Source of the DNA: Fibrobacterota bacterium
Lineage (GTDB): Bacteria; Fibrobacterota; Fibrobacteria; UBA11236
Length of the DNA stretch: 64,000 nucleotides
Assembly: GCA_043753995.1 (NCBI GenBank)
Contig: JAYUVP010000249.1
Coordinates: 39,684-103,683, forward strand
Direction: 5' to 3'
Below are positions 28,901-37,065 of this stretch, in pieces (position 1 is the stretch's first letter; every line of letters begins with the position of its first letter). Made by a program: the position numbers and the translations under genes. The notes beneath the pieces were generated by a model. It made no database searches and had not been told where the DNA came from. It saw only the letters and a program-made list of their open reading frames with translations.

Positions 28901-30546
28901 CGCCCCTTACTACTTGCCGCGTTCGCATCGACGTGACGCCGCCCGGCACACCCGTGAGCGATACCAGCAATCACTTTTATGTCACTTCCGTGTTACCTAC
29001 GCGGAAATGGTCCCGCGTTGGCGGCGGCTCGGGCATGTATCGCTTCAAGCCCGATGATTCCACCTTGACTTCCGGCGCTACTTCCTTGGTCGGCCCAGGA
29101 AGCTGGACGGCACCTGCACCGCTTCCAGAAGGCAATCACTTCCTCGGCGTGCAAGAAATCGACAGCGCAGGCAATGTGTCGGCGCCGCTTTTCATGCCAT
29201 TCAAAATCGACACCACGGCTCCTGCCGCACCGGTCATCACCCAAGTGCAACCCGGTCCGTCTATCGGTTGCCCAAGCACGGTCGCTACGATCTGGAGCTA
29301 CACAGTTGCGGCGGATGCCAAAACCAATTATTACCAAATCGACTCGGCTGCCTTGCCCAGCCCGGTAGCTTCTCCGGTGAGCATCACCAGCTATCAAATA
29401 CCGACAAGCCCGTGCATTGCTGAAGGAGCACATTCCTTTAATATTCGCACGGTCGACAGTGCCGGTTTGCAGTCGCCCATAGCCTCTTCGACAACGCGCT
29501 TCATCACTAGGCAAGAAGCGACGGGGTTAACAGGAACGAGTGCCACCGGGCTGAATCTGGGTGTTTATAAGACGCTCTATTATTTGGGATACATCCGCAG
29601 TGGCGTAGTCAACGTGCTCACCGGAAAAGAAGTGGGCGAGATCCCGCTAAATTCAGGCACTTTGTCCACCCTTGTCAATCCGAATTATTTGCGCATGGCC
29701 GTAGGCCCCGGTGGAGAGCTCGGCATCCTCGACGGCATTCAAACCTCGGAAGGCACGGGCAAGGATTATGAATTGCATGTTCTCCTTCCCAGTGGAGAAA
29801 ATATTACCGTGGGCCTGCCCCGATGGCTGACCCTTCCCACCTGGTTCGCTTTGGATTTCAATGCCAAGGGTGATTTGTTTTTAGCCTACAATGACCTCGA
29901 TAATGAGGGGCGACTTTCGATTTGCATGGCAGTAAATCCCACAGGAGGAAAATCCACTTGCGTGGAACAGGTCCAGGGCATCAGTTCGCCCGGTGCCAAG
30001 CACATATTCATGACGGCGCGTCCCGCCGTTTTGGTCACCCTCGTGACTGCCGAGGGTTACCCTGAGGTTTATGGCCAGACCTCGGTGGAAGAAACAAAAT
30101 CTTATCCCCAAGTCATCACCGGATTGGAAAAAACCCCCATCAATCACTTCGGCTTGGGCGTGGTGAAAAGCACGGCTTCCATCATGAACTTCTCGCCCAC
30201 TGGTAGTCCGTTTTTTCAGGCCATCACCTTTAGGAATCTCACCGGCTGGACCGCAGGCAAGGTGCAAAGCACACCCGCTGCATTGGGCTCGGGCATGGGC
30301 GTCATGGATGTGGATCCCAGCGGCCGACCCTATGTCGTCATGGGGGGCAAAATGTGGGGTTATTCGGGCGGCAACTGGTATTCGGTTTCCACCAATGGCC
30401 ATGATTTCTCCGCCACACCCATGCTGGATTTGAAAGTGCGCGACGACGGCACGCCGCTGCTTTTCTATTCCACGGGCAATGCGGGCAAGCTCAATACCAA
30501 TCTCTTACGCACCGGCTTTGAATTGCCAGCCACCCAGGCGAGGTGA
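25933..30546 (+). CDS. Giant surface lipoprotein: N-terminal Big_2-type Ig-like domains, six tandem ~90-aa repeats, and a C-terminal ~350-aa domain of unknown function
   Basis: Start MNNMKKLCLPQFLRRAGLLTGMAFGFALLASFALLPTAC (lipobox) overlaps the stop of 25268..25936 (ATGA). The listed ORF 25678.. is an out-of-frame-context extension. Repeat consensus: TAPxxP...P(T/N)FxWxxGGGxG...YRYQID...(E/A)GxHxLxVQExDxAGNxS. Confidence 0.6.
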   Translation: MNNMKKLCLPQFLRRAGLLTGMAFGFALLASFALLPTACTSTEGGTDFEIAYVDRDNLTSFDSIVVLLNKEGSEKPDTLFKGKLTDSTVLRHLKVPGNLQGTVTISVQGFNHGELALERHTTVDADKQTVAGTDLKHSSQGRIRFAEPSLKMKIGDTAAIPALDIEPSEWKDKEVTFSFQEIKVLALIAKNKLVGLARGSARVVATLVGDSTVTDTLFVQVVDPEADKITVRVSPDTLRLTALGASLSLNAETTPLYSPLTWSSADDTVATVDANGLVRGLKVGKTWVRARSTTDSSGADSSWVVVSGAVPVESVRFARSTLSLFEGGAADSVSVQVLPTDANPATGLRLIGKAVTLNGRRFIPVDTGSAIAIAYSLVDTTKTDTLRISVKQALTIQSFRIKPDTLRLYLGGPDSAFSIVVDPASAGLDAVWHLAKLGIARVSDSGLVKAIGEGQVLVLAQALADSSKRDTSLIQVVRDMPKLSVGNAVVASPESTIDFVPKVEQEFGGVTRFWWDLDGNGTWDDSSDGLKNLSRKYDAVGETTTHFKVRDAEGNEGMADRKVTITKGPHVVILVPPDGFVTNKKTVEVNWEVDHVKQDKQTQEQLTQEGPKTLVRSAKDANGNETVISITVFLDTKAPERPLVSSVSPTNSKTPNFSWRSGGGKGAGLYRYQIDAEPGANQSETGDTTLTWPADLNAGSHTLFVQERDTAGNWSASGSAKVIIDLTAPPAPTVSAVSGPNSTNLQVTFVWKGAEEGALRYRYQIDKEKFEGGAVEVGDTTVTVILTEGHHAFYLQQLDSAGNASTPGKASVNVDVTAPNKPSLRSLTGVWSTNGKPTWIWKTGGGAGNGKFRTRLDTADLSAKSFFTDTSFTPAAAIGEGPHRLFVQEMDSVGNVSPAESLTITVDTQGPSAPICLEPADNAWVNTQKPTWKWKGGGGGDGRYYAFIAAAYTPDTSTRVTDTTLTPPANLPEGQKILGVKAYDAAGNVSPLTTCRVRIDVTPPGTPVSDTSNHFYVTSVLPTRKWSRVGGGSGMYRFKPDDSTLTSGATSLVGPGSWTAPAPLPEGNHFLGVQEIDSAGNVSAPLFMPFKIDTTAPAAPVITQVQPGPSIGCPSTVATIWSYTVAADAKTNYYQIDSAALPSPVASPVSITSYQIPTSPCIAEGAHSFNIRTVDSAGLQSPIASSTTRFITRQEATGLTGTSATGLNLGVYKTLYYLGYIRSGVVNVLTGKEVGEIPLNSGTLSTLVNPNYLRMAVGPGGELGILDGIQTSEGTGKDYELHVLLPSGENITVGLPRWLTLPTWFALDFNAKGDLFLAYNDLDNEGRLSICMAVNPTGGKSTCVEQVQGISSPGAKHIFMTARPAVLVTLVTAEGYPEVYGQTSVEETKSYPQVITGLEKTPINHFGLGVVKSTASIMNFSPTGSPFFQAITFRNLTGWTAGKVQSTPAALGSGMGVMDVDPSGRPYVVMGGKMWGYSGGNWYSVSTNGHDFSATPMLDLKVRDDGTPLLFYSTGNAGKLNTNLLRTGFELPATQAR

Positions 30547-30627
30547 TTCTCATAAACCACCGACCTCTTATTTAGAGGCCCGGCGGCTGCCTTCAACCTG
30601 CCGCAAGGGAATTACTTTAAGCTCTCT

Positions 30628-30704
30628 GCACTCTTAGCTCAACTGGATAGAGTACCGGCCTTCGAAGCCGAGGGTTGGGGGTTCGAATCCCTCAGGGTGC
30701 ACCA
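30628..30704 (+). tRNA. tRNA-Arg (anticodon TCG), CCA encoded
   Basis: Hand-folded cloverleaf. Acceptor stem gcactct/agggtgc (one G-U pair). D-arm gctc/gagt. Anticodon stem ccggc/gccga with loop cttcgaa (U33, anticodon tcg, A37). T-arm ggggg-ttcgaat-ccctc. Discriminator a, then cca. Confidence 0.8.
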
Positions 30705-30802
30705 AGTTTTCGCGGCATTGCCTTCCATCCCGTTACGGATTAAATTCTTACACCTCGCATGACTTTAGTGAGAAAGCATGCACTCATCCCAAGAGGTGTC
30801 TA

Positions 30803-31027
30803 GTGGCTAAATATTGTATTGAGAAATTCGAGAGCGATACCGGGCTTGAAAAAAAGGTCTGGTGGCGGCAGGACAAGCATGTCCATGACGCTGGCTTCAT
30901 TTCCACCATTAAGCAAAGGCTAGGGACGCGCTATGGCGGAAATTGGGATGTGCGCGTGAATAGCTATGAGTCGAATCAGTCCTCGCCACCGGTGGGAGGC
31001 GTGGACTACCAAGAAGAATTGGCGTGA
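30803..31027 (+). CDS. Small hypothetical protein (74 aa) downstream of tRNA-Arg
   Basis: Only ORF in the 370-bp tRNA-proximal gap. No motifs. Could be non-coding. Confidence 0.25.
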   Translation: MAKYCIEKFESDTGLEKKVWWRQDKHVHDAGFISTIKQRLGTRYGGNWDVRVNSYESNQSSPPVGGVDYQEELA

Positions 31028-31072
31028 CGCCAGGCCGATGCCCCCAAGCTTTGGGTCCCGGGGCTTCAGCCA

Positions 31073-31660
31073 TCACTCCTCCATAAATACCGGGGCCGCC
31101 AATTCCAAAACAAAGGCTTTCACGTCTTCCGGCCAAGCCCCGATTTGTTGCGTGAATTTTTTCTCTTCCTTTCGGTATAAGGCGCGCAGGGCTTCTTCAT
31201 AGCCCGGCATGTCCCCCGCCATCACCGTTAAGAATTTGTAGGCCCTTTCCTGAGCCTGCTTCACCGCATTCCCTTCGGCCGATTTTTTCTTGGCTTCGTC
31301 CACCAGCCGACGCAGGACGGCCGAGGCTCCGCCAGCCTGGGTGGCCAGCCATTCCCAATGCCGGGGCAATAAAGACACCTCGCGGGAAATCACGCCCAGC
31401 TTGGGCCGACCCGGCCCTGAATTTTCCAGGGGCGCGTCACTTACAAACACTTCCAAGCGTTTTTGCACGTCTTTTTCCGAGCCATGAAAATGGAAGTCGA
31501 TAGCCTTGCCGGTGGCATCGCTGAAAATCGTGCAAGGGTTGTGATCCGACTTGCCCAAACGTTTTTTGACCTTGAGGACGACCTCGGTCAACGACCCCCG
31601 AAACAGTATTTTGGCGCCTTCGAAAACCGTATAGGCCGTGCTGGTATTGGCTTTTTCCAT
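31073..31660 (-). CDS. DUF2239-like hypothetical protein
   Basis: MEKANTSTAYTVFEGAKILFRGSLTEV...CTIFSDATGKAIDFHFHGSEKDV resembles the DUF2239 family N-terminus. The listed ORF start 31708 is probably an extension; MEKANTS at 31660 is preferred. Confidence 0.45.
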   Translation of the reverse strand: MEKANTSTAYTVFEGAKILFRGSLTEVVLKVKKRLGKSDHNPCTIFSDATGKAIDFHFHGSEKDVQKRLEVFVSDAPLENSGPGRPKLGVISREVSLLPRHWEWLATQAGGASAVLRRLVDEAKKKSAEGNAVKQAQERAYKFLTVMAGDMPGYEEALRALYRKEEKKFTQQIGAWPEDVKAFVLELAAPVFMEE

Positions 31661-31678
31661 GATAACCCCCTTGCCACT

Positions 31679-31720
31679 AATATTACCCGGGTTTAATTTG
31701 ATTGTCAATATTACCCGGGT
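31679..31720. promoter_or_regulatory. Direct repeat of a 14-bp element aatattacccgggt (x2, 28-bp spacing), each containing the 8-bp palindrome acccgggt; candidate operator in the divergent DUF2239/rfbB promoter region
   Basis: Seen directly in the sequence: taatattacccgggtttaatttgattgtcaatattacccgggtaaatta, located between the 5' ends of divergent genes. Confidence 0.3.
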
Positions 31721-31792
31721 AAATTATTTCGAATCGGAGCTGCCGGTACCCGTACCGACCCTTTCCCTGCCGACCCTGCTACTTTATGGGCT

Positions 31793-32773
31793 ATGCATAT
31801 TCTCGTCACCGGCGGCTGCGGCTTTATCGGCAGCAATTTCGTGCGTCTTGTCCTCGCTCAACGTCGCGACCTGCGCATCACCAATCTCGACAAGCTCACC
31901 TATGCCGGCAATACGGCCAACTTGGCCGATGTGGCGCAGGACGCAAATTACCGCTTTGTGCAAGGCGATATTGCCGACGAAGCCGGCATGGAAGCCCTTT
32001 TCGCCGATGGGCGCTTCGATGCCATCGTGCACTTCGCCGCTGAGTCGCATGTCGACCGTTCGATTACCGGACCGGGCATTTTCGTGCATACCAATGTGTG
32101 GGGCACCCAGGTTTTACTTGAAGCCTCTCGCCGCCACAAGGTGGGTCGTTTTCTGCATGTTTCTACCGACGAAGTCTATGGTTCGCTCGGCGCTACCGGC
32201 TTATTCACCGAAACCACGCCTTATGCGCCCAATTCGCCTTATTCGGCCAGCAAGGCTGGGTCCGATATGTTAGTGCGCGCCTACCACCACACCTTCGGCA
32301 TGGATACCGTCATCACGAATTGTTCCAATAATTACGGTCCTTATCAGTTTCCCGAGAAATTGATTCCCCTGCTCATCACCCATCTCATCGACGGTCTCAA
32401 AATTCCGATTTATGGCGACGGGCAAAACATTCGTGATTGGCTGCATGTGGAAGACCATTGCCGGGGCATTTTGCTGGCCTTGGACAAGGGCAAGGCGGGC
32501 GAGACTTATAATATTGGTGGCCGTAATGAGCGAAAAAACCTTGAAATCGCCCATAGCCTACTGTCCCTTCTGGGACGCGATGCGACCTCCATCGAATATG
32601 TTCCCGATCGCCTAGGTCATGATCGGCGTTATGCCATTGACGCCGACAAGATTCGCCGCGATCTCGGCTGGGAGCCGGTGCACACCTTCGAAACCGGTTT
32701 GCCGGCCACCGTGAATTGGTATAAAACCCATGAAAGCTGGTGGCGTCCACTAAAGGTCCGTAAAAAGACCTGA
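31793..32773 (+). CDS. rfbB: dTDP-glucose 4,6-dehydratase
   Basis: MHILVTGGCGFIGSNFVR; YSASKAGSD catalytic motif; full-length RmlB pattern. Confidence 0.9.
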   Translation: MHILVTGGCGFIGSNFVRLVLAQRRDLRITNLDKLTYAGNTANLADVAQDANYRFVQGDIADEAGMEALFADGRFDAIVHFAAESHVDRSITGPGIFVHTNVWGTQVLLEASRRHKVGRFLHVSTDEVYGSLGATGLFTETTPYAPNSPYSASKAGSDMLVRAYHHTFGMDTVITNCSNNYGPYQFPEKLIPLLITHLIDGLKIPIYGDGQNIRDWLHVEDHCRGILLALDKGKAGETYNIGGRNERKNLEIAHSLLSLLGRDATSIEYVPDRLGHDRRYAIDADKIRRDLGWEPVHTFETGLPATVNWYKTHESWWRPLKVRKKT

Positions 32774-32802
32774 ATCTTTTTTGCCCGATTACCTTTTCCT
32801 GC

Positions 32803-35800
32803 ATGAGGAAGGGGTATCTCCGAAAATCCGGGGTGGAATCGCTATTCCCCAATTCCGGAATTAGGCAGGGCCTGCGCCTGGCTTGGCTGGGCCTTTTTTT
32901 TGTTTTTGCCACTTCTTTGCGCGCCGGGAATGTGGTGGATACCATAGCCAAGGCCGGCGATTTGGCATCCATTGGAACTCGTTACAGTAATAAAACCTTG
33001 GCCGCCAGCGATACGCTTTTTTTGCGCTTTGCCATACGTAGCGGATTCGGGTCTCTATCCCTGTCGAATTTCTCCGCTGCCGCGGTGGTGCTTGAGCCGC
33101 TGGAGCCATTCGATTCGACCTTGGCCTTGCATTTCACAACCGAATTCATGCGCATGGATTCGGTTGCGGCCACCGTGGTCATTCGCAATTTGAATATCAT
33201 CGCTGATGGCGCCAATCCCCGCTGGATAGTAGGCAACAACAACTATCCGAATGGTTCCTTGCTGATCTCGAAAGTGCAGGTATCGGGTTCATCGAGTTGG
33301 CCTGAAAAATTCATGGGTTGGTGGGGCGACTCCACTTCAACGGTGACCTTTCGTCAATGCGCCTTGGTGGCGCCGGCGGCCACCGGGATTTGGCGGTTCC
33401 TCAATCTGGGCCGGTTTGAAATGAGCCGCACCTTGATTCGCGTTGCCGGGCAGTTCAAGGTAGAGGCCTATGATGCCGTGACCTTTCAGGGGAATACTTT
33501 GGTGGCTTGCGGTTTTGATTTGGATGGATTGCCTACGGGCTATTCAACGGGTGTCGTGCAAGTGCAGAACAATCACTTTGTGCAAGCGGGCAAGGCGGCC
33601 ACTGAGCCCATAAATGTGGTGTCCAGTTTCGCCCTGCTGGACCCTACCTTGCAAACCGGTAATGTCCGTGCTGGTTATTCGGCTATTTTCAAGCCGGGCA
33701 ATGTCACTAATATTCTTGAGACGCCCAAAGACCGCTTCACTGCCGCCGACGGCGTTCCCGATTCCTCCGAAACCTGGCTGTGGCGTATCCCAGGCGATAC
33801 CCTGCGCGGCGCCTTCGCCTCGGGCGGCCTCCCGGCTTGGAATACGCGCCCCGGGGAGACCTCGCGGATATTCTCTCCGGGACTTCCCGCCGATTCGGGC
33901 ATCAAGCTGTCCTTCGCCGCCTGCGAAGTTCCCCGAAAGCTGGGATTGGTCTATGCGAAAGTCACTTATCCCCAGGAGTTGGTGTATCGTACGCGTTACC
34001 GTAGCGACACGGCTTTGCGGGTCACCGGCCCCGTCAGCGTCACCAAAATCCAATTCCCCGATGCCTTGCCCGTGGGCGACAATGCCGTCTTGCTTTTCGG
34101 GTCGAATCCCTTGCAAATCAAGGCCAGCAGCGATTCGTCGCGAGCGGTGTATACCTGGCCTCTCGACTATGTCGAGCCCGTGGTACCCGCGGCGGCCTTA
34201 ACCAGAGGAATTTCACGCGGTAAAAACATCGTTTTTCAGGCGGGAAATTCGGGCTCGGTGCAATGGCGCTTTCCGGAAGTGCAACGCGCCGGTCATGTGA
34301 TTATTACCGCCGACCCTGCTAAGAATTTCACTCGCCCCAATTTACGCCTGCTGACTTTAGAGGCGGGCAATACCGCCATCACGCTTTCCGGTGATTTCGA
34401 ACCGAAAACGGGCGACTCCATCACCTTGGGTCTCAAAGTGGTGAAAGCCTCTTGGCCATTCGATGCCGACAAAGTCGAACTGTGGCGGCAAACCGGTGGC
34501 GGCGATCCGGTTTCCCTGGGGCATTGTAAAGTGGATCCCGATTCGGGGCGATCCTTTTATCGCTGCGGTTGGGTATTGCCCCCCAAGGCGGGGCAGCCCT
34601 ATGGCGATATCAATGGAGCCTATTCGCTGACCGAAAAGCTCGCCGTGCCGGTAGGCAAAAGCGCGATGACCCCGTTCTCTTCCGCGTCGCTCAATGGCAT
34701 CAGCATGGAGTTCACCGCCAATCAAGGCTTTCAATTTTCAACCAGCTCGCAATTCCTCGATTCCCTGGCGTCGCCTTCCTTGGCCTACCTGTCCAACTTC
34801 AGCAAACGCGCGCTCTGGAAATGGCCGGGTCGCGAACAAGACTCTCTTTCCAAAGCGGTATTGAAGTGGACCGTGGCCGACTCGCAAGCGCAGCTCTTTC
34901 GCTTGAATTCGAAAACGGGCGAAGCCCTGCTTTATAAGGGCCAAGGTCGGCAGAATGGTGTCCTCTCCGTGGATTTGGGGCTGCATGATACCGATGTCTT
35001 TTTCGCCCGCAAATACAGCCTACCCCGCTATCTCAGCGGCGAAGGCTTTGACACGGCTTTTCGGGGTTTTGAGGTGAAGCATTTGCAGCTGCAGAATCCC
35101 TCGGATATGGCGATTGACTCTTTTTCCGTGTCAGGGAAAAAGTGGAGAACCGAGCGCGACATACGTAAAGCCTTGCGACTTTCCGGGCGGGGCCTGATTG
35201 TCTTGAGGCCCTTCGATATGATTTTGCCGGCGGCGAAAGACACGGTGGATTCGGTTTATTGGGTTCGCAGCCTTGGAAATGAATCGGAGATTCTGGATTC
35301 CGCAGCGGCCAATTGCAGCGGAAATTCCTGCACGGTCAAGGTTCCCAAATTCAAGGATAGCCTTTGCCTAGTCATGGTCGGCAAGTGGCCTACGAAAAAG
35401 CCCATCGACACGTTACCGCCAATAGACACCACCCAGAAGGGTGATACGGCCATTGACTCTATTCCCAAGCCGCCGGATCCCCAAACCAATCCGACCCCCG
35501 ATCCCCCTAAGGAACCCGAAATCAAGGTGGCCGTGCGTGATCAAGCGCAGGTCCTGGCCAACGGTACCATTCTCCTCATTCCCGGCATTCCCGATTCGCT
35601 GGCCAAGGCAACGAAGTCCATTACCGTGACTTGTTTAACCTTGAGTCCGCTCGGCGGGCCCCAGGCGGTGGCTTTGAAACCGCTAAAGCCAGGAGATTCG
35701 ATTTTACTCCGGCAGGGCAAGGCATGGGACTTGGGGTATCGTCTCAGTTACCTAGACAAAAAAGCAACGGTTTTGGCCCAGTCCGCCGATTCGCTTTTGC

Positions 35801-37065
35801 ATCAGCCTCTCAACTTGGTCATGAAGGAAATGAATGACACCTTGCCCAAATTGGCGAGACTGAATCGCCATTTAATGGGTTGGAGCTTGCCCGAAACTTC
35901 CGTCGACTCGGCCTTGGCCCTTTGGCTGGCAACGCCGAATCCGGCGGCCCGCGCCGATTCGCAATTGGAATTGCATGCCTTGAAGGCCGATGCGTGGAAG
36001 CCCTGGAGCCGCAATCAGCGGGTCAAGCCCGGCCTAGGGCTTTTGATGGCGTCGAAAAGCGAATTAAAACCTCGCTTTCCCGACAGTCTTCCCTTCCATG
36101 GAGAAGCGATTTCCCTGCCACTCGATAGCGGCTGGAATCTGGTCGCCAATCCTTTTCCTTTTCCCATAGCCCAAGCTTCCATCGTCGACACGACGCGACT
36201 CGATCGCTTTCAAGCCTTGAATACGAGTGAAGCCCAGCCCTGGCGGCAAGCCGACACGCTTTGGCCCTTTTGCGGCTATGCCGTATTCGCTACGCGCCGA
36301 CAAAATTTGGTTTTCGATCCGCTGAAATCGGCCGCGCCTCGCGCCGCCTCTAAAACCGCCGCCGCCGATGGCCGCGCCGCTGATTTGCTTTTGCGCATTG
36401 CCAGCAATGTCGGGGATGAAGCGGACTTGCGAATCACGGCTTCGCCGCGCGGAGCCGGTCATCTCGACGGCATGAAAACCCAGGCCATGGAGGCTTGGTT
36501 CGATGGAGGTAGGCCTTATCGCATTTTACCCGATCGCGACCCGTCGGCGACCCTAGCCGAACTGACTCTTCGATTGCCCGGAGCACGTCGCGTGCATGTT
36601 ACGGTAGCGTCTCTATTACCTGACGCCGCCGCCGGCACGGGCGCGGCTTGGCTTGACAAGCAAACCGGACTTTGGCGTATGCTTGAGCCGGATGCCTTTC
36701 TCGATTTGCCAGCTGGCCAATGGAGCTTTCAAATCAAGACGGGCCCTCCCGCCTCACTCCGGCAGCAATTGGCCCTCATGCAGCCGCGCGGGCCAGGTAG
36801 ACTGGCCCTGGCGCCCATGGGCCGCGATCGGGGCTTATGGCGCGTGGGTGTTCCTCCCGAATTGGGTTATGCGCGCTTGCGGGTCACGGTTTTTGATGGC
36901 ATGGGACGCATGCATTGGCGACAAGCCTTGTCGGTCTCGGGAGCGGGTTGGCATGCCTTTGTCCTGCCCGCCTTGCCGCCCGGGGTTTTCGTGAGCGTGA
37001 CGGCCGAACAGGCCGATGGCCTGCGACAAAAAATCACTCGTCGCGTCGGGCTGGCGGGGCCATGA
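32803..37065 (+). CDS. Very large secreted hypothetical protein (1420 aa), possibly beta-helix-rich, with a C-terminal beta-rich tail that could be a sorting domain
   Basis: N-terminal hydrophobic signal-like segment (LAWLGLFFVFATSLRAG). No catalytic motifs recognised. C-terminus: ARLRVTVFDGMGRMHWRQALSVSGAGWHAFVLPALPPGVFVSVTAE. Stop overlaps the start of the next gene. Confidence 0.5.
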   Translation: MRKGYLRKSGVESLFPNSGIRQGLRLAWLGLFFVFATSLRAGNVVDTIAKAGDLASIGTRYSNKTLAASDTLFLRFAIRSGFGSLSLSNFSAAAVVLEPLEPFDSTLALHFTTEFMRMDSVAATVVIRNLNIIADGANPRWIVGNNNYPNGSLLISKVQVSGSSSWPEKFMGWWGDSTSTVTFRQCALVAPAATGIWRFLNLGRFEMSRTLIRVAGQFKVEAYDAVTFQGNTLVACGFDLDGLPTGYSTGVVQVQNNHFVQAGKAATEPINVVSSFALLDPTLQTGNVRAGYSAIFKPGNVTNILETPKDRFTAADGVPDSSETWLWRIPGDTLRGAFASGGLPAWNTRPGETSRIFSPGLPADSGIKLSFAACEVPRKLGLVYAKVTYPQELVYRTRYRSDTALRVTGPVSVTKIQFPDALPVGDNAVLLFGSNPLQIKASSDSSRAVYTWPLDYVEPVVPAAALTRGISRGKNIVFQAGNSGSVQWRFPEVQRAGHVIITADPAKNFTRPNLRLLTLEAGNTAITLSGDFEPKTGDSITLGLKVVKASWPFDADKVELWRQTGGGDPVSLGHCKVDPDSGRSFYRCGWVLPPKAGQPYGDINGAYSLTEKLAVPVGKSAMTPFSSASLNGISMEFTANQGFQFSTSSQFLDSLASPSLAYLSNFSKRALWKWPGREQDSLSKAVLKWTVADSQAQLFRLNSKTGEALLYKGQGRQNGVLSVDLGLHDTDVFFARKYSLPRYLSGEGFDTAFRGFEVKHLQLQNPSDMAIDSFSVSGKKWRTERDIRKALRLSGRGLIVLRPFDMILPAAKDTVDSVYWVRSLGNESEILDSAAANCSGNSCTVKVPKFKDSLCLVMVGKWPTKKPIDTLPPIDTTQKGDTAIDSIPKPPDPQTNPTPDPPKEPEIKVAVRDQAQVLANGTILLIPGIPDSLAKATKSITVTCLTLSPLGGPQAVALKPLKPGDSILLRQGKAWDLGYRLSYLDKKATVLAQSADSLLHQPLNLVMKEMNDTLPKLARLNRHLMGWSLPETSVDSALALWLATPNPAARADSQLELHALKADAWKPWSRNQRVKPGLGLLMASKSELKPRFPDSLPFHGEAISLPLDSGWNLVANPFPFPIAQASIVDTTRLDRFQALNTSEAQPWRQADTLWPFCGYAVFATRRQNLVFDPLKSAAPRAASKTAAADGRAADLLLRIASNVGDEADLRITASPRGAGHLDGMKTQAMEAWFDGGRPYRILPDRDPSATLAELTLRLPGARRVHVTVASLLPDAAAGTGAAWLDKQTGLWRMLEPDAFLDLPAGQWSFQIKTGPPASLRQQLALMQPRGPGRLALAPMGRDRGLWRVGVPPELGYARLRVTVFDGMGRMHWRQALSVSGAGWHAFVLPALPPGVFVSVTAEQADGLRQKITRRVGLAGP

